Below are positions 36,681-45,473 of a DNA stretch of 64,000 nucleotides, one piece after another (the first letter of the stretch is position 1; each line of letters begins with the position of its first letter). The stretch comes from Patescibacteria group bacterium (GTDB lineage Bacteria; Patescibacteriota; Patescibacteriia; PEXW01). Position numbers and translations under genes: made by a program. The stretch spans positions 14,184 to 78,183 of the forward strand of contig JBAZBR010000005.1 of NCBI GenBank assembly GCA_041671325.1, written 5' to 3'. The notes beneath the pieces were generated by a model. It was not told the DNA's origin. It was given only the letters and a program-made list of their open reading frames with translations, and ran no database searches.

Positions 36681-37730
36681 TTAGGTCTTGGATACTTTTA
36701 GGGTCCAGCTAGTTAAACCTGTTGTAGTGATATAAATGGTATGCAAGCCGTCAGTCACGTCGCCTTTCAGGGTTTTTGACAATATGGCTTCATACTCTTG
36801 GTAAACCCGATCGCCCACAACCACATCCGTATTTTCAACTTTAAATTTAGCCTTGCCTTTTAGGATGCCAAGTTCAAAAGTATATGAACCGCTTTTCGGG
36901 AAATCTACAATAACTTGGTTTTCATAAGTTATTGCCGCATCTTCAACCCCGCCCTCACCCCGGCCGTCAATGGAAAATGGCGGCGTAGGCGCCGGAAAAA
37001 CCGTCAAAGTCCCGTTCATGTTTGAGGTGGTGGCAAAATGCGCGCCTTTGGTAAAGTCTTTGCCGACTTGCCAAACCTTGCCTTTGTTATAATTGCCTTT
37101 TAAAATTGTATACTTTCCGTCCAAATTAAATGTTGGGCCATTGTTGTTTTCTCCGCCGGCAAAATCCATGACTAAATTCACGTTTGGTAAAGCTTTTATT
37201 GATTCCAGTCTTAAGGTTACCGTCCCCTCATCTTTTCTTACCCGGATTGGAAAACTCTGGACAGCCTTCATGGGTGTGGAACGGACAATCGGGGCCGGTA
37301 CGCCAGGCGTATTAACTGGCTTAAGCTGGCTGATGACTTTCGGGTCTTCAGCTGGAATTTTTGTGGGATCATAGCCAACCCTGACTTCATCCCCGTCCGT
37401 AAAACCATCCCCGTCCGTATCCGCATTCAGGGGATCAGTTTTGTATAACCTTTCTTCATTATTAGTCAGTCCGTCATTATCAGAATCAACATTGCCATTG
37501 GTGTTTAAATTGGAATTATCATTTAGGCTCTGATTGCTATTATCATTGGCATTCAGATTTTCATTGGCATTAGCGTTGGCATTCCCGTTAACATTAGGAA
37601 TTTCAGCATTAACATTCTCATTGGCATTAGTATTAGCATTGGCTGGTGGCGGGGTGGTTTTTTTGCCGCAAGCCGAAAGACCGACTGCCAAAGCTATGAT
37701 TAGAAAGCTAAAAAATATGGTCTTATTCAT
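36681..37730 (-). CDS. Lipoprotein with Asn/Ala-rich repeats and thrombospondin-type-3-like Ca-binding motifs
   Basis: Lipobox LSACG, NANANENLNAN repeats, DSDNDGLTNNEE and DTDGDGFTDGDE (DxDxDGxxDxxE). Start taken at MNKTIFF. Confidence 0.5.
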   Translation of the reverse strand: MNKTIFFSFLIIALAVGLSACGKKTTPPPANANTNANENVNAEIPNVNGNANANANENLNANDNSNQSLNDNSNLNTNGNVDSDNDGLTNNEERLYKTDPLNADTDGDGFTDGDEVRVGYDPTKIPAEDPKVISQLKPVNTPGVPAPIVRSTPMKAVQSFPIRVRKDEGTVTLRLESIKALPNVNLVMDFAGGENNNGPTFNLDGKYTILKGNYNKGKVWQVGKDFTKGAHFATTSNMNGTLTVFPAPTPPFSIDGRGEGGVEDAAITYENQVIVDFPKSGSYTFELGILKGKAKFKVENTDVVVGDRVYQEYEAILSKTLKGDVTDGLHTIYITTTGLTSWTLKVSKT

Positions 37731-37887
37731 ACCTATAAAATACCACTTTCCAATTGGCTTGGGCAATGGCTATTGCACCCTCACATCCTCTAGTCCCTAT
37801 AACCCCTTTTTGCACACATTGACAAAAAATATGAACTTGATATTATTAGACGAAAATCGTTCCTCAGACTGAAAAAAGGAGTTTTGT

Positions 37888-38232
37888 ATGTTCCCAATTT
37901 TATCTCGTGTATTGGGCCTGCTTGGCCTATTTGGAATCGGCATGCTTCTTATCTCCGATCTGGAAGGATGGTTTGTCCGTAAAGCTGCCCGAACCAAAGA
38001 GATCCAAAAATATTTCCGCTTATGGTATCTTCTTAACTCTTTCCTTATCTTCTTGCTCCTTTCGAATATTGAGATACTTATAGCAAATAGACTCTGGATT
38101 GGTGGATTTGCTATCGCTGCTGTTGTTGGCCTTGTTCTTGCAGGCTTATTCTTCCAAAAGAAAAAGAGGCAATTTTCCAAACTCGTCGACGTACAAATTA
38201 GTTTAGAACTTAACTGCAACCTGCCCACGTGA
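37888..38232 (+). CDS. Small membrane protein (114 aa)
   Basis: AGGAG RBS, three predicted TM helices, and a hairpin with T-tract after the stop. Confidence 0.4.
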   Translation: MFPILSRVLGLLGLFGIGMLLISDLEGWFVRKAARTKEIQKYFRLWYLLNSFLIFLLLSNIEILIANRLWIGGFAIAAVVGLVLAGLFFQKKKRQFSKLVDVQISLELNCNLPT

Positions 38233-38259
38233 TTCGTTCCGTGGGCTTTTTTTATTTTC

Positions 38260-39417
38260 CTAAGATGTTTTTAATGCCTTAACCCTATCCAGTCTTTCCC
38301 AAGGGAATTCCACGTCTGTTCGGCCAAAATGGCCATAAGCCGCGGTCTTTTCGTAAATTGGTTGCTTCAAGTGTAATTGTTCGATAATTTCCGCTGGTTT
38401 GACTGGGAAATGTTTTTCAACGATTTTTTCGATTTCTTCATCTGACTTCGTACCAGTGCCATAAGTATCAACCATAATTGAAACCGGTTGAGCTACGCCG
38501 ATGGAATAGGCTAATTGGATTAAACACTTCTTAGCTAATCCGGCCGCAACCACATTCTTGGCAATATACCGGGCGGCATAGGCCGCACTGCGGTCAACTT
38601 TGGTAATACACTTTCCGGAAAAACAGCCACCGCCGTGCGGCGCTGAACCGCCATAAGTGTCGACGATAATTTTTCGGCCAGTCAAGCCTGTATCAGCTGG
38701 CGGCCCACCCAGCACAAACTTGCCTGTGGAATTAATGAAAGTCTGGGTCTCCGGCGTATACCAGGAGCCTAACACCGGTTTAATGACTTTTTCCATAATA
38801 TCTTTTCGTAAAGTCGTCATAGCCACGGTATCGGCATGGTGTGCGGCAATAACCACAGTCACAGCCCGAGTTGGTTTGCCGTCTATATATTCAATGCTTA
38901 TTTGGGATTTACCATCTGGCCGCAAGTATGGCAAAGTTCCATTTTTTCGAACTTCGGCCAGTTGCTTAGCTAGCTTATGAGCGAGCGAAATGGGTAACGG
39001 CATTAGTTCCGGAGTTTCATCGCTGGCATAACCGAACATCAAGCCCTGGTCACCCGCGCCTTGCTCCTTGAATTCACCTGCACCTTCATCAACCCCTTGG
39101 GCAATATCAGGTGATTGTTCATGCAAAGTACTAATCACGCCAATGTCTTTGGAACAAAACCCAAAATCCGGGCTGTCATAACCAATCCGGTGAAGCGTCC
39201 GCCTGACCACTTGCTGGATATCCACATAAGCCTTGGTGCGGGCTTCCCCACCAACCATAACTAAACCCGTGGTGGCAAAGCATTCAATACCTGCGTGCGT
39301 TTCCGGGTCTTGTTTGAGCATTTCATCATAAATCGCATCTGAAATTTGGTCACAGACTTTGTCCGGGTGACCTTCAGTTACGGATTCGGAAGTGAAAATA
39401 TGAGTTCGGCTTGGCAT
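38260..39417 (-). CDS. metK: S-adenosylmethionine synthetase
   Basis: [12 protein letters not shown] and GGGAFSGKD-type motifs. Start taken at [11 protein letters not shown] (39417). The track ORF extends upstream through the riboswitch. Confidence 0.9.
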   Translation of the reverse strand: MPSRTHIFTSESVTEGHPDKVCDQISDAIYDEMLKQDPETHAGIECFATTGLVMVGGEARTKAYVDIQQVVRRTLHRIGYDSPDFGFCSKDIGVISTLHEQSPDIAQGVDEGAGEFKEQGAGDQGLMFGYASDETPELMPLPISLAHKLAKQLAEVRKNGTLPYLRPDGKSQISIEYIDGKPTRAVTVVIAAHHADTVAMTTLRKDIMEKVIKPVLGSWYTPETQTFINSTGKFVLGGPPADTGLTGRKIIVDTYGGSAPHGGGCFSGKCITKVDRSAAYAARYIAKNVVAAGLAKKCLIQLAYSIGVAQPVSIMVDTYGTGTKSDEEIEKIVEKHFPVKPAEIIEQLHLKQPIYEKTAAYGHFGRTDVEFPWERLDRVKALKTS

Positions 39418-39439
39418 ATGATAATCGGTTAAAATTAAT

Positions 39440-39618
39440 AATTTTAAAAAAGTCCTCACTAAATGAAGACGGTATGTTTTGCATCTTCCCTTAGCGGGTC
39501 TCGATTTGGCACCTTTCACTTAACTAATTAAGTGGCGGTTGTCGGCTGGATTCCGCCGCCGCCAAGGCTTTGGCGGACAGGCATCGGGCGAGTTCCCTAC
39601 CCAGCACTCTTGATACGT
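39440..39618 (-). promoter_or_regulatory. SAM-I (S-box) riboswitch in the metK leader
   Basis: Minus-strand reading gives TATCAAGAG..GG..GGGAAC.CGCCCGATG ... GGTGCCAAATC, matching the S-box consensus (ATCAAGAG, CCCGATG, GGTGCTAAATCC) as recalled. A terminator hairpin GTCTTCA..TGAGGAC plus T6 precedes the metK ATG. Confidence 0.75.
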
Positions 39619-39760
39619 TATTTAATTGTATGGATATAATAAACGAAAAGAATCAATTTGGCAAACGAATTTAAATTTGACACGCCAAGTTTAAAAAGAT
39701 AGGATAATCCAACAAAAAAGCTCTTGAAAAATTCACTTAATAATGAGAAAGGAAATTACC

Positions 39761-41191
39761 ATGAGTTTGAACCTCATGATGCCTGGCTTCCCAAAGTACC
39801 AACCGCGAGACCTCCAAGAATACTTTGGGTACGATAATCTTTTTCGCGAGTTTGGGAACGTGGAATTCGCGACACTTTTGACCTTGGGTGACATCGGCGT
39901 TATTCCACCTAATGATATCGCCTTACTGACTCCAGAGGTGATGGAAAAAATCTTGGCTATCCCCACCACCGAAGTCGTCAAAATTGAACGGGAGATCACC
40001 AAACACGACATTCGCGCCTGGATCTATCTGGCCAACCAAATTTTGCCAGAACCCTTGCGCAAGTGGCTCCATATTCTGCTGACCAGCTATGACCCCTTGG
40101 ATACCAGCCGGATCTTACAGTTTCTAAAGGCCTACCAGCACGTGGTTGATCCGAAGTTGCGCCAAGTCATGGCTATCTTCGTCAGCCTGATTGAGCGGTA
40201 TGCCCGAACGCTGCAGATCGGCCGAACGCATGGCCAACATGCCATTCCGATTACTGTAGGGTTTTGGCTGGCCACAATTTTGAACCGCGTCTTTACAAAT
40301 GCGAAAAAAATGGAGCTGTTTTCCCACGAACTAGTTGGAAAAATCTCCGGTGCGGTCGGCGCTTATAACGCCCAGGTGGGTCTTGGGATTGAAGCACGTT
40401 GCGGCGAATTCACTTTTGAAAGACGGGTACTCGAGCGTCTCGGCTTAATGCCTGCTGTGATCAGCTCCCAAATTTTACAACCGGAGCCGCTGGCTTATTT
40501 CCTTTTTGCCGCCACCATGACTTCGGCCTCATTTGGTCAACTGGGCCGCGATTGCCGTCAGCTTATGCGAACGGAAATTGCTGAAATCGGTGAACCATTT
40601 TCCGCAGAACAATCTGGTTCATCAACCATGGCTCAAAAGCGTAATCCGATTAATTTCGAACACGTCGAGGGATTGCACATTGATACTAAGAATGAGTTTG
40701 GGAAAGTGCAGGATACACTCATCAGTGATCATCAGAGAGATTTGGTGGGCAGTCCAGTTGCACGAAAATTTCCGACGATACTGATTAACCTGACCTGCCA
40801 GCTGGATACCCTGCTTAGAAAAGATCCCGAAACTGGACGTCCGTTTTTAGAACGTATGACAGTCAATGAAGAAGCTTGCCAACGTAACTTCAATATGAGT
40901 GCTCATACTATTATGGCCGAGCCATTGTATATCGCCTTACAAATGGCTGGTTTCCAGGGCGATGCGCATAAACTGGTCAACCACACGTTAGTGCCGGTTG
41001 CAACTAGAGATCATCGCTATCTAATAGATACCACTATTGGTCTGGCCCAAGACAACCCGGACCTAGCTGAAGCCCTGAAACGCATACCAACTGAAGTGAT
41101 TGATTTGCTTAAACATCCTGAAACTTACATTGGCAAAGCGCCGGCAAAAGCGCTGGAGATCGCCAATGCTGTAAAAACGTACCTAGGCTAA
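39761..41191 (+). CDS. purB: Adenylosuccinate lyase (fumarate-lyase family)
   Basis: GSSTMAQKRNP matches the lyase-I signature GSSxMPxKxN. The track ORF begins at 39743. Confidence 0.75.
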   Translation: MSLNLMMPGFPKYQPRDLQEYFGYDNLFREFGNVEFATLLTLGDIGVIPPNDIALLTPEVMEKILAIPTTEVVKIEREITKHDIRAWIYLANQILPEPLRKWLHILLTSYDPLDTSRILQFLKAYQHVVDPKLRQVMAIFVSLIERYARTLQIGRTHGQHAIPITVGFWLATILNRVFTNAKKMELFSHELVGKISGAVGAYNAQVGLGIEARCGEFTFERRVLERLGLMPAVISSQILQPEPLAYFLFAATMTSASFGQLGRDCRQLMRTEIAEIGEPFSAEQSGSSTMAQKRNPINFEHVEGLHIDTKNEFGKVQDTLISDHQRDLVGSPVARKFPTILINLTCQLDTLLRKDPETGRPFLERMTVNEEACQRNFNMSAHTIMAEPLYIALQMAGFQGDAHKLVNHTLVPVATRDHRYLIDTTIGLAQDNPDLAEALKRIPTEVIDLLKHPETYIGKAPAKALEIANAVKTYLG

Positions 41192-41389
41192 TTAAAATAA
41201 GCCTGTTCCAAGTGGAACAGGCTTATTTATCTTTCAAAATTTATTTGGACTAACCACCCGGCTTGGCTGTATTTTATCTAACTTTACTCTTAAATTTCTG
41301 GACCTGCTTGATTTTCCTCAGCCGAAATGTCGTTGGCGTCCGATAACCTGGCCGGGTGGAAAAAGTCCTTTGAGACTTAAAATTTTTCA

Positions 41390-42253
41390 TTAGCGATAAA
41401 AGGAGTATTCAGAAAAAACCAAAACGTTCGGCAAATTCCTGCCAGGGCCAAGACGGTATTGACCCAGAAAAACAATGGAAGCAGATCCCCCGCCATCTTG
41501 GTTAATGGCATATTCCATGCCCAAAGCCTTCATGATGTAAGCCAAATCCATAACCGTGGCGTTGGAAGCGCATAAAACATAGGCGTTAGTTGATTTAAAA
41601 GCCGTGCCGCAACGCGCGCTTTTAACAGTCCTTTGCTTAGTATCTAATTCACTGTTCTTAAGGACTAATTGTTTATCAACAACTAGGGCTGGGCCGCTGG
41701 AAAACAAAGCTCGCAGCTTGGTTTGGTACTTCTTTTCAAAATTAGCAAGTCCTGGCCAATCCTTGGCTTGCCGCCAAAAATGCCAATGGTTTTCTGAATC
41801 AAAAGCTATCAATGGCCCGGAATTGAATTTATTCTGGTAGCTGTTTACAAAAGTTTTGGTCAAGGAATTGTAAACCATCCAAAAGTACGAGCCGGTCTGG
41901 CCAGCGCAAGAAGCGTATGAAGCCGGGCAAAAATAGGTGCCATTAATGCCAGCAAAACCCTTGACCCGGTCAACGTATGCCTTCAGAGGTGAAACCCGGC
42001 AATTATTTTTACAATCCGTGGGATTGCCAGTCAGGGTATAAATTTTTAATTTGGGATTTAATAAATTGACCGAAACGATTTGAACTGCAAATTTGCCTCT
42101 GGTCGTGCTGACCGTGGTTTTTTGCCAACTGGCGTTTTTTAAGACAATCTTATTGGGATCTGCGGCCTGAGCTTGGTTTGAGTTTACAAATAAAATTCCC
42201 AATAAAAAGATCAAGCTTGTGCTAATTTTGAAATAAATTGATTTTTTCTCCAC
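41390..42253 (-). CDS. Secreted protein, phosphodiester glycosidase (NAGPA/DUF2233)-like
   Basis: Signal peptide ending AQA. The INQDGGGSA motif is recalled as typical of the DUF2233 family. Confidence 0.4.
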   Translation of the reverse strand: MEKKSIYFKISTSLIFLLGILFVNSNQAQAADPNKIVLKNASWQKTTVSTTRGKFAVQIVSVNLLNPKLKIYTLTGNPTDCKNNCRVSPLKAYVDRVKGFAGINGTYFCPASYASCAGQTGSYFWMVYNSLTKTFVNSYQNKFNSGPLIAFDSENHWHFWRQAKDWPGLANFEKKYQTKLRALFSSGPALVVDKQLVLKNSELDTKQRTVKSARCGTAFKSTNAYVLCASNATVMDLAYIMKALGMEYAINQDGGGSASIVFLGQYRLGPGRNLPNVLVFSEYSFYR

Positions 42254-42267
42254 CCAAGAATTATAGA

Positions 42268-43374
42268 CTAAACCCGCTTTTCTTCAAAACCAAAAGTGAA
42301 ATTCGCTAAAACAATCAAGACAATTGACCAGCCCAACATCCAATACACATCCTTAGCAATCAGGCTAAAGCCAGCCCCATTAGCCATAACCTCCCGCAGG
42401 GCATGGGCGAAATGGGTTAGGGGAAAATATTGGACAATAGATTGCAGCCAGCCGGGCATGGAGTTTATGGGAAAAAATATGCCCGACAAAAACATCATTG
42501 GAAAAACCAAAAGGTTAGCCAGGGCTGGCACGCTTTCTACGGTTTTGGCAATGCCAGAAATTATAAAACCTAAACCTAGGAACATAATACCTCCCAATAT
42601 GGAAATCAATAGCACTAAAGGATAAGAACCGTATACGTGGGTTTTATAAATAAGAATTCCCATGATGATTAAAATCGCGGTTTGAGCAATGGCAACCATC
42701 AAACGCGTAATCACGTTGGCGGTCACGAACTGGAATGGCTTAAGCGGGGTGGCCAGCAAGCGTTTTAGAATACCTTTTTCCTTATAATCGGCAAAAACGA
42801 AAGCTACGGAAAAGACTGCCATTTGCATAACTGCCATAGCAATAATCCCGGGCAATAAAAAATCTATATACCTGACATTTTTAGAATTTATGGTTTCAGT
42901 TTTTAATTCAAACAAAGCTGGCGCCTTAGTAATTGTCAAAGTGGTCTTATCTAAAAACTGGCTGATGATACTAATCGCCGCCTGCGCTTGCTGTTCTTGG
43001 CTAATATTTTTGTAAACCGTAATAACTTGTTTGCTTGGGGGATTTTTTGAGCTTGGGTCTGGGATTAAATTATCTGGAATTTGCATAACAATTGCCCTTT
43101 TGTCATCTTTCAAGGCTTGCTTTTCGGTCTCAAGGTCTCCAGTGTTTATATCAAAAGCCGTAACTTGTTTGATGTTATCAATGAATTGCTGGGTGGATTT
43201 GCTTGGATTTCCCACCACCAAACCAATATCCATTTTTTGCGCCCGGTCAAAGCCAATCAAGCCAAAAATCGCCATGATCATGACGGGCAAGAATAGAGTA
43301 AAAAACAAAGACTGCTTATTCCTGATAAACATCTTAATGGAGGATTTAGTCAAGGTTAAGGTGGTGTTTGGCAT
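42268..43374 (-). CDS. ABC-2 type transporter permease
   Basis: Six TM helices and an ABC-2 architecture. Adjacent to the ATPase, overlapping by 1 nt. Confidence 0.75.
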   Translation of the reverse strand: MPNTTLTLTKSSIKMFIRNKQSLFFTLFLPVMIMAIFGLIGFDRAQKMDIGLVVGNPSKSTQQFIDNIKQVTAFDINTGDLETEKQALKDDKRAIVMQIPDNLIPDPSSKNPPSKQVITVYKNISQEQQAQAAISIISQFLDKTTLTITKAPALFELKTETINSKNVRYIDFLLPGIIAMAVMQMAVFSVAFVFADYKEKGILKRLLATPLKPFQFVTANVITRLMVAIAQTAILIIMGILIYKTHVYGSYPLVLLISILGGIMFLGLGFIISGIAKTVESVPALANLLVFPMMFLSGIFFPINSMPGWLQSIVQYFPLTHFAHALREVMANGAGFSLIAKDVYWMLGWSIVLIVLANFTFGFEEKRV

Positions 43375-43375
43375 A

Positions 43376-44293
43376 TTATTCTCTTAATTTTCGGCCAGTT
43401 AGTTTTAAAAACACATCTTCTAAAGTTGCTTGGCGAAGCTGGAGGTCGAAAATTTTGAAATTACATTCGGTTTCGTGATTAAATAAGGCTGGCAAAGTTA
43501 CTTCGGGATTATTTGAAATCATCCGGTAACCATGGTCTTCATTAGTAACTTTTTCAACCCCGGGTAATTTTTCAAAATGCACTTCTGGGCATTTATTATC
43601 CACGCGAAAAGTTATAGTCGAAGCTACTCCGGAATTCCTAAGAAGATTAAAAGGTGTGTCTAATACCATTATCTTAGCTTGATCCATAATAGCTACGCGG
43701 TCGCATAAAACTTCGGCTTCTTCCATGTAGTGAGTGGTTATGACAATAGTTTTGCCTTGTATTTTTATTTGGGTAATTAAATCCCACATATTCCGTCGGG
43801 CCTGCGGGTCTAAACCCGTCGTCGGTTCATCTAAAAATAAAACTTTCGGGTCATTAACCAAGCCGACGGCTATGGAAAGCCTTTGTTTCTGGCCCCCGGA
43901 TAATTCCTTGACTTTGCTTTTCCACTTGTCATCCAAATTAACGCTTTTTAACAAGGCCATTTCATCAACTTTACGCCCGTAAATTGAAGCAAAAGTATCC
44001 AATAATTCTTTCAAATTTAAGCCATCAAAAAAAGATGAGGCTTGCAATTGCACGCCAATTACCGCTTTAACTTCCCGAGCTTTTTCTTTGACATTCTTAT
44101 CATCCAAAATCGCTTCGCCATCAGTAATTGATTTAAGACCTTCAATCATTTCCAAAGTCGTGGTTTTGCCCGCGCCATTCGGCCCTAAAATGCCAAAAGT
44201 TTCACCGTTTTTTACCTCGAAAGAAATTCCGTCGACCGCTGTAAATTCTCCGTATTTTTTAGTTAAATCTTTAACTCGTATGATTTCGTTCAT
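43376..44293 (-). CDS. ABC transporter ATP-binding protein
   Basis: GPNGAGKTT Walker A, LSGGQKQRL signature, LFLDEPTTGLD Walker B. Confidence 0.9.
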   Translation of the reverse strand: MNEIIRVKDLTKKYGEFTAVDGISFEVKNGETFGILGPNGAGKTTTLEMIEGLKSITDGEAILDDKNVKEKAREVKAVIGVQLQASSFFDGLNLKELLDTFASIYGRKVDEMALLKSVNLDDKWKSKVKELSGGQKQRLSIAVGLVNDPKVLFLDEPTTGLDPQARRNMWDLITQIKIQGKTIVITTHYMEEAEVLCDRVAIMDQAKIMVLDTPFNLLRNSGVASTITFRVDNKCPEVHFEKLPGVEKVTNEDHGYRMISNNPEVTLPALFNHETECNFKIFDLQLRQATLEDVFLKLTGRKLRE

Positions 44294-44412
44294 AATTTGA
44301 AATTACTTGGAGAGTTTATTTTAGGGGTTTGAGTCAGTAATGGCAAGGGTCTGGAGAGTAATACAAAATCAGCCAAAATTTACTACAAAGTGATTTTGCA
44401 AAGTTAAGTACT

Positions 44413-44832
44413 TTATTTAATACTCATCATTATAGCTCCGGCCGTCAGCAAAATTGCGCCGATCCCCGCTTTCCAGGTTAAATGCTGGCTCAAGAATAAA
44501 ACGGCCAAGATCAAAACGAAAACCACGCTTAGCCTGTCCAAAGCTGCCACGCCCGAAGCGGGGCCATTCTTCAGGGCGAAAAAATAAAAAATCCAGGAAA
44601 TTGCCCCAGCAATGCCAGATAAGACGATAAACAATAAAGCCTTATTATTGATTGAGGACAGTAAATGATATTTACCCAAAGACAAGGTGACAATCACTAA
44701 AAAAATAGCCATAACAATGGCCCGAACTGCCGTGGCTAAAGTGGAATCAACATTGGCAATGCCAACCTTGCCAAAGATAGCGACTAAAGCCGCAAAAACT
44801 GCGGATAAAATGGCGTAAATAACCCAAGACAT
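44413..44832 (-). CDS. EamA-domain (DMT superfamily) small membrane transporter
   Basis: 139 aa, four TM helices, EamA-like pattern. Confidence 0.6.
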   Translation of the reverse strand: MSWVIYAILSAVFAALVAIFGKVGIANVDSTLATAVRAIVMAIFLVIVTLSLGKYHLLSSINNKALLFIVLSGIAGAISWIFYFFALKNGPASGVAALDRLSVVFVLILAVLFLSQHLTWKAGIGAILLTAGAIMMSIK

Positions 44833-44911
44833 ATATCTTGATTTTACTTCAACTTGAAATCTGAAGCAATTTGATCAATAAAAATGGCCAGACGGGTTTC
44901 GACTGACCATT

Positions 44912-45175
44912 TTAATCATAAAGCACGCTGCCAACCTGGCAGACTTTTTTTAGTCTATCGCCAGCAATTTTGACCCTGATCTGATGGGTGTCTTGGCCAA
45001 AGGTTTTGTTGATGCCTTTGATAATCGCTTTGACTAATCTGGCTTGGGTAGCAGTATGAAGAACTATTTGGCACTTTTTCCGGCTTTTTAAGGCTTCACT
45101 CAAGCCAATCACTATCTGCTGTTTCCAAACCGGCAGCGCTTCACCAAGCAAGTTCCGGGAATTCAATTTTTTCAT
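44912..45175 (-). CDS. Hypothetical small protein (87 aa)
   Basis: Overlaps the upstream ORF by 35 nt in a different frame. No motif recognised. Confidence 0.3.
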   Translation of the reverse strand: MKKLNSRNLLGEALPVWKQQIVIGLSEALKSRKKCQIVLHTATQARLVKAIIKGINKTFGQDTHQIRVKIAGDRLKKVCQVGSVLYD

Positions 45176-45404
45176 CAGCCAATCCCATGATGTAAGTTGT
45201 TCTTTGTTCGCAATTAATTCCGGCTGAAGCTAGAAAAGTCCGCCAGATTTCAATGGGCAAACCAATTTCCTGGTTATTCATGATTATGATTAACCAATCT
45301 CCTTTTTCAACTGCCTCATACCCGCCAGGCGGTAAAACCACTGATTGATTATTAGCAACACACCGAAGTCTTAAACCAGCTTGACTGACAATTTGAAAGG
45401 GCAC
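45141..45404 (-). CDS. Hypothetical small protein (87 aa)
   Basis: Immediately downstream of mgtA. Possibly the N-terminal part of a frame-shifted ~170-aa gene together with 44912..45175. Confidence 0.3.
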   Translation of the reverse strand: MPFQIVSQAGLRLRCVANNQSVVLPPGGYEAVEKGDWLIIIMNNQEIGLPIEIWRTFLASAGINCEQRTTYIMGLADEKIEFPELAW

Positions 45405-45473
45405 GCTTCACCTCCTTTTTATTTTTTACGCCTTAGTTCAAGACTTTAAAGCTTCCAAAGTTTTATGTCAAAT

